Notes: generated from the sequence alone by a model not told the origin. 61,855 nt of DNA, filler included, from Choristocarpus tenellus KU-1152 (GCA_964200185.2; 8 parts of 8 records of this genome joined end to end with filler, not necessarily neighbours in it); one strand, 5' to 3'. Shown: positions 22,956-36,374, counted from the whole stretch's first letter. A program made the numbers and translations.

Positions 22956-25401
22956 ATGGTGGAGCCAGCGCTTTCTCCCACATTTGTCCCCCTTGACCCT
23001 GACGTTCCACGAGTCGGAAAACGGGGTGCACCACAAGCCTTCGCCCGCAAGCTATACGAAATCCTTACAACTGAGAGCAGTGAAGTAATCGGCTGGAATA
23101 AAGCAGGGACGGCCTTTCACGTCCGCAATGTGGAGACCTTCGCAGAGGAGATACTGACTAAGTACTACCGCCACAGCAAATTTTCAAGTTTCCAGAGACA
23201 GCTCAACCTCTACTCCTTCAGAAAGATTGTGAAGGGTCCTGATGCTGGGGGCTATGCACATGCCATGTTCCGGAGGGAAAGACCTGATGACCTTTACCAA
23301 GTACGACGGTCGATATCTGGGTCGAGTCGTTACGACAATTCCCCAACAGCACCCACCACGGCTGGAGCGACAGCCCTTCCACCTGCCCGGCGTCAGGGAC
23401 GAAGGGTAGCGATACCTAAGGGTGGGTCAGGTACAAAAGGTGCCTGGGGTGCGGCGTCACGACCGCAAAAGTCCATGGCTGCCTTGCGACGAACAGGGAA
23501 GCTAGCCCGTGCAGGGGATACTGTAATGCCGTCTTCTTTTGCTGGACCCACTATGGTTGTTTCAGAGCCGGAAGAGCCTGCTTTGTGGTCCGACGAGAGC
23601 GACCGGGAGGCTTCCCAAGGCGTGGCCGATTTGGATGGATCGTCTTCAGATTCTGGTGGTGACTCGGATGGGGAAGGTGGTGAAAATGGTCCAGCGGATG
23701 AATCTGATGGGGTGGTGGATGGAGGTTCTGCACGAACTACCAATGGACCCGACGAGGGTCAGAATGTGACGCCAGAGAACAAAATTAGGGGTGCCTCGCC
23801 AGTAACAGCACCGTCAAGGGGATTTTCACTTTTCCCTCGCCGATTCTCCTTCTTCGAAAGGGTGAGGGAATTGAGATATGGTTTTTGCTTGCCCTTCTTG
23901 ACTTCACTGAATGCTATTGGTAATCCAACATTATTTACTTTCGCTGAGTATCTCACCCCAGTCATCTACAAGGTGATCCATGAGCTAATGTTGCTTCAAT
24001 GTTGTAGAAAGGGGAGACTCTAGTCCCATGAATTTGTGTTGTTTACCCCTTATGAAAGAGTATTAAGTTTTCATATTGCCTTAAGATATAGTCAAGGTTT
24101 TCGTCTACACTTGTAGGTGTGCAGAATGTAATTTCTAGTAAGGATTCCTCAATGTGATATATGTTGAACATCGTTCAGTTTTATTTGTTTCTCTACGTCT
24201 GTATTTTTCTGTAATGATTAGTTCAACATCTGGTCTTCATATATGTTCAGGTAAGAACCTTGCCACTATTTTCACCTGATTTTATGTCTTCGATTGATCA
24301 ATGAAAAATATCTCCCAACTGGTCAGGTAATATCTCAATATCTTGGCACCCCCCCTTTTCACTGTCTGCCGTCTGTTGTAGGCACCTCCAGGCGGAAGTG
24401 GTGGCAGTGGAGTTACTGAAAATGCAAATAAATTAAGAGTATCTCAGGATTCAGAAAAAATTCCAACCTCTTCGTCCTCCTCTGATGAAGATGATCTAGC
24501 CCTTGTTTCTGGGGGGAGACAAATGCAGGGTCAGATATCTGTGTCCCAGACGAGAACGGAAGAACATGGACGAGGACGAAGAAATGGTCAAGAAGAAATG
24601 GGACAGGAGATAGTTGGCTTGGAAGGGGGTGGGTCAGATGTATCAGCGGCAACAACCAGTGGCACTGGACGTGAGCGAGTGAGTCATTGTGTGGTTGGTA
24701 TGGTGGCAGAGCCTGCGCCCGAGGTGAGACCAGGAACAACTCCTATAGCTGGGAAATTGTTGTCGGATTCACCTGTAAGGGCTGTTGGTGGGAGGGTGGC
24801 AGGTGTGGAAAAGGATGGAAGAACACATCAGCGAGGCGGGCAAGGTACTGTGACAGCAACGGTTTCAGAATCTGGTGCGATATCTGGCTCTGTTTCTGAT
24901 GTAGCCAATGTGGCCAATACGGCTACAACTGCTAGGCGGGAGGAGCTGGGCCTGGTGGAGCAGTTGACACAGATGGTTGAGGTATTTGACATCTGTCACC
25001 TACTTCGGGGAGGATCATTCTCCTCGTCCTTGTCTCCACAACCACAAGCTGTTAAGCTGGACAAGCTTGGTCACCCACAGTCTTCATTACAGGGTACTAG
25101 TACAGGTGGTGGGGGGGGCAGCAGCAATCACCTCCGAAATATGAGCATTGATATGGACCCAGCTTCTCCCCCACCCCCACTGCTTCCCACCTCTGGGAAT
25201 TGGTGGAGTGGTGGCGGTGGTTCAGGGAGTGCTGTGGGGAAGGGTGGTGTGAGTGGTAGTAGTGCGCTTGGGAGTCTTGCATCGATGGAAGTAGTGAGGT
25301 CTGATAGTGGGCGTGACTGGGAAGGCATGCTCACTAGTACTGATATGGCAGATCTTGGGCCCTCAGTTGTTCAGAGCTTTGCTGAATTTTTCTCCTTTTA
25401 G
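22956..25401 (+). CDS. Heat-shock-factor (HSF) type transcription factor; exons 22956-23861 and 24382-25401 (~641 aa)
   Basis: HSF DNA-binding domain FARKLYEIL...IGWNKAGTAFHV...YYRHSKFSSFQRQLNLYSFRK. Phase-0 intron AGG|gtgagg...ttgtag|GCA is in frame with the 24523-25401 ORF. Start codon inferred. Confidence 0.88.
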
Positions 25402-28400
25402 TTCGATGAAGGGTCATTGATTGGAGGTTGTGGGCCTTTGGTCTCCTTTTGTCAAGCTCTCACCTGCAGTGAGTTCATGGAGTTAGACCCTCTAAACTGG
25501 TTGCTTGAGTGCTTTACTAAATGTAGTTTCAATATCTAGACCTGTACTTGTAAGAAAATGCTCAGTATGATTGAAGCACCATGTTTTTTCAACTCGTTCT
25601 CCCTGTATGCCATTTTATTGATGAGACCAACCTGTTTTTGGTTGATCATAACGCTAAAGTGTTTTGTGTTGATGGGCTGGGGATGAACACATGGCCTGTT
25701 ACTTGTGAACTCCTTTCATTTTATGAGAGGCGTTGGGTGGATGTTATCTGTGTTAACGTTTCTTCAGTGGATTGGTGCTTTACTCTCACATTTGCAGTGC
25801 ATCTCCTTGATGTAGTGCAACATTGCAGTGTTCTCTGTGCTTTTCCTCACTTGCTTGGGAATGTGTGTGTTGAATTGTTGTGTGCTGTGTTATTTGGCAT
25901 TATGTTTGTTTGTGGGGTTGAGCGTCAGTGTTGATTTTGCTCTGTTTTTGTGTTGACTCTGTGCATATGGTGGAAATGTGTGTGTTTGATGCATCATACT
26001 CTGGTTGGGGTGATCACTGTTGTAGGGTTATCTGTTCCACACACTCCTACTCCTGTCTTACTCTGATACCTTAGTTGGCTGTGTGGATCAAAAAGCAAAC
26101 AACTTCGCACATACTGAGTGTTGCAGGAGTGGAATTTTTCCTGGTCGGGAGGGAGGGGGCGGGTGGGTGGCATCACCACATCTTCATTTAGTTGTCCCAT
26201 TATCCACAACATAGGGTTTTCATGTGCGAGAAATTCTCCTGTTTTTAAGCTGCTGGTGCTGCTGCCAGCTTGATGTGAGAAGTAGAGGTGGAAGGTTGAT
26301 GGCTGCTTGGGGTAGGTGTGTGGACATGTGGGTTGTTCTGCTCGTTCTATGTGGTCTATTTGTTTGTACTTGATGTGTTGATACTAAATTTTTGGGTGTG
26401 ATGTTGTTAATTCTGGTATTAACGTTGGGCTTTTCCTAAACTCTTACTGACTTCTGCATCCTGAGAGAGGGGTAGCAGAAACAGAGATGGGGAAATTTGT
26501 CTTGGTGGGGAGGGGTGGTTATGGTAAAAGAGGAGAGGTATGGGCTGGGGCTTGAGCCTGAGCTCGCCTACTACCTTTGCATTTCAGTGGTCCGTTGTAT
26601 TTTCTTGTCTCTGGTTGTTAGGGACAGGCCTTCTTGGTGCTGATGTGTTCCATGTAGGTTTTGTCTCTGTACCTATATTACTGTGCCATGTTGTGTGTGA
26701 TGGGATGTTTTGGTGTGTCACATGTTGGCAGTGTCAGCACCCAGATGATTGGGAGTTGTGGGGGGAAATGCTGGGTTGTGCAGGGGCGCGCAGGCTGCGA
26801 TGGTGCCTATATCGCAGGTCGCAGTGCCCGACTTAGGGTAGGCAATGGGTGATACATACTAGCATGGTAGGTGGATGTGTATTGTTGATGTTTCATGGAA
26901 ACAAAAAAGAGGGTATTGATTAGATGATAAAAGGATTCTCTTTTGTCAAGAGACTGTCTCAGACGGGAATGCCCGTCGCTTCAGCGGTGTAGCAAGACAG
27001 GATTGATAAACAAGATTCGTTACACATGAGATGCATTCTTTATTTGGCGGGGAAGGGGGGTTGGTGAGAAGTATTTTTGTTGTAACTCTCAGGTGATCCT
27101 AAGTAATGGTCTGATGATGATCATAGCTATACTAATAGTACTGTTTGATTTAGTGTTACTAAGAATTATTATTGATTTTGTATTAGGTGATTAAGGTATG
27201 CTCAACGTCAGCGCACTCACATATATTCAGGATATCACAGATGACTAAGTGAGGCGGATTTATAACGTCTTACTATTATTTTGTTAATGGAAAAATATCT
27301 ATGTGTTGTGTCTTGGAGTGTGTTTCAATTGTGTCTATGGTGCTTATGATGAACAATGACATTTCCGATGCATGTTCTGTATGACAGGAATATTAACTCC
27401 AGACTTGTTAGTAGGGCCCGTTTTGGGGGGGAGTAGAAGGCTCAGTACACAGTACGATGGTATTTGCCATGGATGCTCTTATTTCTGTTGTACAACACAT
27501 GATTCAGTATTTCGAATTGTGGTTTGCATTATATTTTATAAACCGTTCATGTAGTAAACGGAGACCAAAGGGAATGGTCATTATTCGTAACAGGACCAGG
27601 AATCTGATGTTTTCAAGTTAAATATTATTATTATTTTACAATTGGAGATTTTGTGGATGTGTCAGGGTAGGGAAAAAATCGAAACCAAAAATCAGGAAAA
27701 GGACAACTGTTACGTACTACCCTCTTCACGCTTCCAATACTACCGATATTTAAATACGGCAAGTAGTGAACTATGTCGTACACCAGATTAGATTGTAGCA
27801 ATATTCTCTCTACATAATATGCCAAAACACTGAGAATGAAATGATTAAGGCTAAACCTGCAAGGGATTGGGTGTCCCTTGTACATTGTTGGATTGTGCAG
27901 CCTGTTCGTTCACAGTGGACAAGATGAAAGATACAGAGAGGGTCTTTGCCTGGGGCAAATTTGGAGAAGCTTCACCAATTAGTACCATAGTTACCACCAC
28001 CATCATGAGGAAAGCACTAGCATGATACTGTGTAGAAGGGCTGGTCTGGTCCGTGTCTGAGGAAATATCTTAGTGTGAGTGTATCGTGTCCCTTTCAACC
28101 TAAGAAGTTCCAAGCATGTAGGATCTCAACATTCTATACATGAGTATATTGACAATGCAATAGGTTATTGACCCATTTTCCTATCCTTCTCAATGGTGTT
28201 AACACTCAAGAGCAATGTACATGAGTATGGAAGGTCATGTCCCATCCATTGATTGGGGATTTGAGGAGATGGTACGGATATAGGTAGTCGGACAGATTTT
28301 GATCATACAGTCCTGCTGTCTCTGAAGGTAGCACGAAGAAGAGGTCATCATCACTATTTGAATGGAGACGAAGTACCCATCTTGTTCTTTGGGAGTAATG

Positions 28401-28827
28401 AATGTGTCCAACCCGGCCAAGGTATATACCCATATTTTCATTTCAGAGGACTTTGCTTCCGATGGACCACATGATAATCACAACATATTTGTTCGCCAAG
28501 CATATATATGCAAGCACTCTAATAGTGATAAGATAGAAGAGAGGTAGGTGGTTGGTCTGTTTCCGAGGCATTTGGAGCGACTATGTGATTAGTATTACTG
28601 CTATGGTTATTTATTTTCAGTCTGAGGGGTCTCATACACATGATCGGAATGTTAGTCAAAAGAAACCAACACCCACAGTACTATTTGAAAAAAGACAAAA
28701 TGTACCAATAATGAAGAAAAAATAATGGGAAAAAATAATGTAAGAACGATAAAGAACTCAGTGTATATACCAAGATGGTTAAGAAAAATCTAGATGCAAT
28801 GTACAACACCCAATAATACTTGAGATA

Positions 28828-28885
28828 TAGTTTTCATTGGTTTTCCCCTGACACATCTGCTATATGTCAGAGGGCATAATAATAA
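28828..28885 (+). mobile_element. Family B short retroposon-like repeat flanked by a 13-bp direct repeat (TSD)
   Basis: AATACTTGAGATA at 28815-28827 and 28886-28898; insert ends GGGCATAATAATAA. Confidence 0.8.
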
Positions 28886-29872
28886 AATACTTGAGATAGG
28901 ACATTAAGTACTATATCACAAATAACCAGATCCCATTGGGGAAAAGGGGAAATATAGGCAAAGAGAGAGGGGCGCAAGAAATTAACCTCAAGAGAAAGAG
29001 ATAGTGACATGAAAGCGTTGGAAGCAGGTTGGTATCTAGTTCCCGACCCCACCACGTCTAGCACCAGTTAGTACAAATACGAACTATGATGTTGATTTGG
29101 TTTTTACACTAACACATCTCCAAAATGTGGAAGAGTATAATCATAAAAAAAGAGTGTGACGATGATTTGGCTTTTTCGGTTGGACGACAGAATAACTAAA
29201 ATAATATGTCGATGTTTGACAGGAGTTTTACTTTTATTTGTTATTGTTAGATTGTATTAAATAGAAATGGAACAATTATTAATAATATTTTTGAAATATA
29301 AACTCCATAATCCCAAACGTACAAAAAGGAAGAGTAGGATCTCTCTTGGTAGTTGGTGGTTGGTTTATGGATACATAACATACCTAAAGATGTAACGACG
29401 ATATGTAAGTATATTATATTCAAGAGAGGAGAGATAGACTTCCCAAATACAAAAATGGGAAGAACATGAAATCGGTAGGGTATATTCTTACTAAACCCCC
29501 TCCAAAGACTCAACTCTAAAACAAAATGTCACAGAGAGATGCCAGTTTTCAGGGGATAGCCACGAGAGCGTAGAAAGTACGAAGGGTATTGGGAGAGATA
29601 CCCCATTTAGGATGCGTAGTGGAACCTGGACTGTGCGCTTGTCTTGATCTGTTCTCTTGTCCCTCCACCATCACGACTGCCAGGGTCCTGTATTAAGGGT
29701 CCATCTTGTGTATTTTGTTGAGGGGAATTGCCCCACATTTCCCTCTTAAACAATACTTTACGGAAGAACTCCGTGAAAGGACGGTGACTCTACTTCATAT
29801 TTCAGCGTGTATTAAACCTCTAGGGATCGGAGAGTGGGCGTGGTGGGGGGGTGAACTGAGGGACAGACAAGG

Positions 29873-30109
29873 ATGGGGAATTCCATCAGTGCATCGAAGG
29901 ATGGGGGTGACAACTCCAGGGGAGACGGCTTCGGGAGCTACTCAGAGACTCGAACAACACCTGGAGCACCAGGACCCTTCTCTGATGCAGGTTTCGTTGC
30001 GGCTCGGACCGGAGAGGGGACATACTCAATCGACGTGTGTGGTGGAGGTGTGGGGGGGGGTGGGGATGACATGGATGTGGAGGGAAAAACTGACGACGAC
30101 GCTGATGAG
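29873..30109 (+). CDS. Possible first exon of a protein with an N-myristoylation-like start (MGNSIS), truncated by contig end
   Basis: GC-rich open frame to the gap; MGxxxS motif; Gly/Asp-rich. Confidence 0.35.
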
Positions 30110-30209
30110 NNNNNNNNNNNNNNNNNNNNNNNNNNNNNNNNNNNNNNNNNNNNTTAATTAATTAANNNNNNNNNNNNNNNNNNNNNNNNNNNNNNNNNNN
30201 NNNNNNNNN
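30110..30209. other. Artificial contig spacer
   Basis: N44-TTAATTAATTAA-N44. Confidence 0.98.
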
Positions 30210-30652
30210 GTAGTGGCGTTTTCCCGTGTGTTGCCCAAAACGAGACCCCCGGGCACTTCCCCCCCCCCCCCCCCCCAGATACTTTGCGTCCTTCACTGGC
30301 CCTTCCTTTCGCCTGATACCTCTGCAATCTATGGCATGGATGAGTATTCAGATAGGAGGACTTGGATAAGATACTCCTCATTTACGTGAATCTATGAGAA
30401 ACTTCAGTTTACTTTCACTCTCTCCTCACACCCAACCTCTCCTTACAAGATAATAATAATGCAGACAAGTAAGTGAACAAGAGTATACCCAACCAAAGTA
30501 ACTTGTCCACTCTACAGCTACATGATGTCTGACAAGGGTGAATGGTGTGTGATGCTCCCATATTCTCTTCTTGACCTCTGTCTCAATTTGATCTTCATAT
30601 TCCTCAACAAATGGAAGTCCACCAAGTAAAGCCGCAGAATACCCAGCCTTAC

Positions 30653-32266
30653 CAGAACTTTCTGATGAGCCACTTTCCTGGCCTCTTCCTGCTCTTGCTT
30701 GTACTTCTCGTGCTGCAGTGCTTGTTCCTTGTCATAAGCTGCGTCCTTCTCTCTCTCTCTCTTTGCCCGTTCTTGGTTCTGTGCAATTTGGCGATCTAGG
30801 TCTTCCTTACAGCGAAGGATAACTGCGCACACGTGGACATGCGCACACATCATCGGGGCTGATGGATGCCTAAGCCAAAGTGTGAATTCACCCAAGTACT
30901 GAGAGACATCAATCACCCTAGACAGACAGAGAAATCAGTATTATTATGCTTGGTTACAGCAGTATCCCCTTCTTGAGATATTCTCAATCTGAGCTGTCAA
31001 CCTGACCTTGGGGCAGTGGTTGCGTATTTGTGCACAATAGTGCACGCAAAATCTATATTCCCCATTTCCACATAGAAAGTAACACCAACTTGACCAATGA
31101 CTGTTTTTTCAATTGTACAAAATGGTATATTTTTGACCTTCCTAGGGATCCATGCCTACATCTTAATCGGTCTGGCTTGCTCGCACTTAGTTTGTTGTAG
31201 GTACATGCAAAAAAGAGAGAAAGGTAAAGGCACAAGTGAGCTCACCCGCATCTTACCTACCATTGACGATGAGCATTTAACTTCTATGTACGTATGTGTG
31301 TTTGGCTAAGTGTTGTGTGCAGGGATTACTTGGAGTCTCAACTCTTTCTTTGCTTAAAACAACCTCATCGTGAATTACCATCTTACTTGCCGATATATTG
31401 ACTCCTCCAGCCCTTCATTCATTGCTCTGTCCGTTTCTGGGTGTTTGTATTTTTCAATTATAATATCAATACTTCCCCTTCCAGGGTTCAAATGAACAAT
31501 CAATCAATTCATTCATGTTCTTCAAATGGTTCATGTTGCATGGTCTGTCATCATCAGTTTCGCCACCTTCTCTTGCTTTCTTCTTTTCCTCAGCTTGTTT
31601 ATCCTCTGTTTGAAGTTGCTGATATGTCTCTAATATGAGCCACTCATTTCGGATGTTCATAGGGATCGATGGTTCAGTTGCATCTACTTTTCTTGTGTCC
31701 TTTTTTCGGGCTCCTGTGGCTGTGCTGGCCCGAACCCTTCTCGTCCCCATAGGTGTGGATCCCCCAATTCGATGCATGTCCTCTGCCGAAAAATGACTAG
31801 TTGCCGTTCGAACCTTCTCCTCTAGTTCTGCAATATCTTTTTCTTCGACTCGGTCATGTCTGTGCATGAACAATTCTACCTCAGCCCTGATGAAAGCAAG
31901 TAAGGGGTGAGAGTACGACCCCTGGGCCACAACCCTGGTAAGTGATGAGGGCGTGGAATGGAAGGTTAGTGAATGGGTCCATGGTCAGCGACAGCCCTCA
32001 GCTCCTATAGTGTGTATGATCATATATTTTTTGTAGTTTCAAAAATGGCAACGAGACGAAAGTCAGAACAACTATGTCTCCCCTCCAAGGTCAATTCACA
32101 TCCTCTTGGAGTTTACCTTCACCGGCACTCACTGGTCCCCATACTTGTGAACGAGCTTCTTAACGAGCACTTGCTGGAGTTTTGCACGTGTGGTGATGTT
32201 GGGGCTTCCGGTCCTCAGAGTCCTTGTTGTCCCAGCCGTGGAGGGCCGATTTGAGGTTGAACTCAT
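30653..32266 (-). CDS. Spliced coiled-coil protein (trichohyalin/TPH-like, possibly ciliary); exons ~32133-32266, 31567-31934, 31246-31283, 30653-30805; 3' part unresolved
   Basis: Phase-compatible GT-AG junctions; NEWLILETYQQLQTEDKQAEEKKKARE...KMREDLDRQIAQNQERAKRERE is an E/K/Q/R-rich helical sequence. Confidence 0.6.
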
Positions 32267-32503
32267 GGGGGTTGCTTTCCTTGGAAGGTCATTGATCGCA
32301 CCAAATCGGCTTTTTTTCAGTCCTCAGCACGCGTGATGGTCATAGGAAATGGGCGATGGACCTGAGAGGGCGTGGGTGTTGGAACGAGGTCCTCGGTCTA
32401 CATCAATCACTTTGAAAAGCATGTAGAATGTAACGCTCTTTTTCGCCACAGAGTGTTCGCCACAGAACATCATTATCAAACACAAAGGATATTCTGATAG
32501 GAC

Positions 32504-33949
32504 ATGTACTTTGGGTTGAGTTGGGTGACCCAACACCTCGTATTCTTGCTAGCTTTACATGCCTACCTCACTGCAGTTTTTTCCCTGGTGGGTCTGTCCA
32601 CATATGCTGGAAGAACTCCGTCGAAAAGGGCGCTGCCACTCCAAGCACCGGCTCGAGCATGTCACCAACGTGCAGGTTCGGATGATGGCGTCCTCACTGC
32701 AATAATCACCGGAGCTAATAGGGGACTAGGTTTTGCTCTCGCAGAGAGGATGTCTTTATTGGGGCACAGGGTCGTGCTTACATGCAGGGGAGAGGATGAG
32801 GTACGGAAAATAGTGCGTTGGCCATGGGTTGCCTTCTCCACAAGTGACGACCTTCCCCGTCTCCAAAACTCCACGTGTCATCCTCATTCCTTCTTGTTGG
32901 CATGTTCTGCCCCAATGACTCTATACCTAATTAGGGGTTAAACCTAAATGTTTGTTACTTCCTCTTCCAACATTTTTTCCTCGAACTCTCTCTTCCTTCC
33001 TCAATGACAACGGCGATGTCAACCCCTAGGGAAGAGCTGCGCTGAACCTCCTCCGTGAGCGAAGTCTGGGGGATCGTCTTTCGTTCTACCCTCTAGATGT
33101 AGCTAATGAGAAGAGCGTGCGCGATTTTCGACACGTGTGCGTGGAGGGCTATCTTGGGGGGCGAGTGGACGTCATCTTCAACAATGCCGGGGTATGCCTG
33201 GAAGGTTGTACAAGTGCAGTATTGTTGACTACGCTGGCGGTGAACTTTTATGGGGCGCTTCGGGTGATGGATGCATGCCTTCCGTCCATGTGCCAGATGG
33301 GGAAGGGGTCTGTGGTGTGGGTGACCAGTGGGGACGGAGAGCTGTGCAACCTTGGCTCGTACCCTAGGAACCTTCTGGAGGGAGCTAAGTCCCGACAGGT
33401 GAGTGTTTCCCCAGCTGTTGTCACTCGCGTGTTGTACCAACATGCCCCCTTCTTGCAGCACTTGATGAAAACTATGGGGTATATGTATGAGGTATCAGCA
33501 CTTTACCTTTTCTCAATCCCAATGGTCATACCCCCAACCCGATTGAGTACCCCCCAACTCCCGTTTGGTAGGATGTGGAGGCGGCAATAGAGAAAATTAT
33601 CTCCAGGTATTGCCATGCCAATGATTGCGAGGAAGAAATTGCCTTCGGGCCTACCCCTGCCTACAGCCTATCCAAGGCTGCCGCCAATGCTGTGGTTCGC
33701 ACAGAAGGGGATGCCCTCATGACTACTTCAGGTGTTCTTCTTGCTGCTGTCTGTCCTGGAGATGTTCTTACACGGATGTGTTCTGTTCCGTTGGGGGAAG
33801 AGAGACAGGGACTACAAAGTCAGGGGGAGTCAGGGGCTCAGGTGATCAGCCCTGCTGTGGCAGCACAGGCAGTAGTGAAGGTGGCCTTGCAACAGGATGT
33901 CTACCCTGGTGGGCATTTCTATCGGGATGGCATTAGAATTCCATGGTAG
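32504..33949 (+). CDS. Short-chain dehydrogenase/reductase, carbonyl-reductase-like; exons 32504-32800, 33030-33398, 33572-33949 (~347 aa)
   Basis: TGANRGLG Rossmann motif, LDV, NNAG, catalytic YSLSK and VCPG.V.TRM; phase-0 GT-AG introns; hydrophobic N-terminal extension. Confidence 0.9.
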
Positions 33950-36090
33950 AAGCTCTTCCTGAAGAAGACCAGAGTTTACCTTGTTGTTGGGTGAGGTGAA
34001 AAACGGCTGCACTCTTGCCTTGCAGAAGGTAAGTGAAGGGAGCAGGGAGGTTTATTTATTTACTTAACTCGTTCAGTTTTCCTATCCTTTTTTGGCCATA
34101 TATAGACTTCAATGGTCTTCACCTGTATGTCAAGTGTGGTTGGAGATGTCTATATTAATATATATATATATATGTATTTTTGTTGAACCAGGCATGACCT
34201 CTTATGCTCATATACCACTCAACAAACAATCATACACGTTGTTTAATACGAGCTTCCCCTGCGATAGTCTCCCTTACACCTCAACCCATGTGTCAGAGTT
34301 ATCTAAGTTCCTTCAACACTGATATTGTTGCTGCTTGCGCGAGCTCAGTCAACTGCATGGCTGCACAACCAATCACCATCACTTTTGGGGTAGATTATTT
34401 ACACACCAAGAAATCAAGTGAAAAACTGTAATCATGTATCAATATTTAATATTTTGACTTTTGTCTTCAATCCTAACGATAAAGATGCTACTTTTTATGC
34501 AAAGTAGGTGTTGAAATATTGTGTGCAGAAGAATAATAACATAGAAGAGTGATTTACATAACCACTTTTTCCTGAGGTCACTGCATTCACTCTTGCTGTG
34601 AGCCACTGTCCCACAGCATTTCCACAATGGGGGGTTTCAAATGCTTGGACTCCTGTTCTGCCAATGTTTGGCATAACGTGAACATGACTCCTGTTGAGAT
34701 CACTTTTTTGTCAAAATGGAGTTTTGAGCGATGAAAAATTGGACATTTATTTTTGACATCCAGTAAAACTCCATGCTTGACACTCTGCTTCGGACTTGGC
34801 CCCAGTGTTAACTCATTGTAAAGCAAACAAAAGGAACTTTTTTTGGTTGGTTGATTCTTGGTCAGTATTCTTCACTATTGTATGCTACACCGTCCTTGTA
34901 ACTTAGAGGTTAATTGAGGTCTCAGCATTTCTCTGGGGTTACGTTTGGGATTGAACCTGATTTCTTCTCAGAGAAATTTGTTTTTTAATGATTCAAAATT
35001 TGTGTGTCAAGCACTATGAATGTCACACTTGTGCTGTCTTGTCTTCCACCATACCACAAAAATATCGGAAAGTTGAAACCTTTGTCATGAGTCTTCACTG
35101 CGGAGCAACTTCAAGATGAATAGTGGACAGGATTCAAGGGAGAGGCTGAGCAATGAGTTGCGAGATGGCTGAACTGAACACCCAAAAAGCAAGGCATGAA
35201 TGGAGCCAGTGCAAGTTGTTGTGGTGCAATAGTACATACAGACTTAAGGATTGGTGTGTGGAGTCTCTCTGACCATGGGTTGGGCTACTCTCCAGTCTAC
35301 AGTAGAGATAATATTTTCCTATTTTTGGGGCGTCTACGCACCTTGTAGAACGTTATGCTTGATGTTACTACCCTAACCCTAGAATGCTTGGCCTTGTCCT
35401 GCCTATAATGCCCGTCGTGTAAGGCAACGTCAGATTCGGTTTGTTCTAGAAAGTAACATTGGATCACAGTATATTTTTTTGCAAAAATACCCTCATCAAC
35501 AAGATAAGAGTGGTTGGCAGACCTAAGAAAGGCGGTACAGACAGGTAAGTGTATGCGTGGAGGACGGAGTCAAACACTTAATGGACACCTGGCAGCAGAT
35601 GCCGCAGCAGCTCGCTATGTTTCAGTTGTCACAGTTGTCAAACACTCCGCACTATTGCTTGCTGAGGCTTTGGTGTTGGAAATGAGGTCTGGCAAACCTA
35701 GGCTGCCCTTTTTGCACTGGTGGATGAATCTACTCCATATGTCATACCGGCTCTTTAAAAGGCAAGAGGCAACAGAACAATTGCACGCACAGAAACTCGA
35801 CAAGTGAGTGAGCTGTCAAAATGGTATGGAGTATTTATCGTGGGATGTGCTGCCTGGAGGTGTATAGGAATGTCCTTAGCCATAGAAACAAATATCTAGT
35901 CAATGGAGTTGACAGTAGTACTTTATTCTTAAATACTCCCTTGAACTGTATACAATTCAAGGTATGTTTGAGTGATGTAGTGCTGATGGTGCACACAGCA
36001 GTCTCTCAGTATGGGGATCCGCATACCTTCAAACTATCCAATGGTACGTAGAAGGTATATAGGAAATGTAATGTTGTGTATATTACTTTT

Positions 36091-36175
36091 GAGTGAAAGT
36101 ATCTTAGAGGGTAAGAGTTTTTCCCTTTTTGTCCATTTGGAGCTTGCCTTCCCATGGGTTATTTTATGACATTTT
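36091..36175. mobile_element. MITE-like family A, left part, truncated by contig end
   Basis: GAGTGAAAGTATCTTAGAGGGTA...TGTCCATTTGG matches the 10560 copy. Confidence 0.75.
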
Positions 36176-36275
36176 NNNNNNNNNNNNNNNNNNNNNNNNN
36201 NNNNNNNNNNNNNNNNNNNTTAATTAATTAANNNNNNNNNNNNNNNNNNNNNNNNNNNNNNNNNNNNNNNNNNNN
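36176..36275. other. Artificial contig spacer
   Basis: N44-TTAATTAATTAA-N44. Confidence 0.98.
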
Positions 36276-36374
36276 AAATCTGACACGTGTGACCAAATCA
36301 CACCAAAAAAGTGAAAATCGAAAAAATGGTGAAAAACGGATGCCGACCCCCCCCCCCCCCAGATACTTTGATCC
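36276..36374. mobile_element. MITE-like family C2 end
   Basis: C(n)AGATACTTTGATCC terminus; reverse complement of 14287-14363. Confidence 0.65.

Noticed and set aside
25990-28500. Short ORFs suggestive of decayed retroelements
   Set aside because: No diagnostic RT or integrase motif could be read reliably
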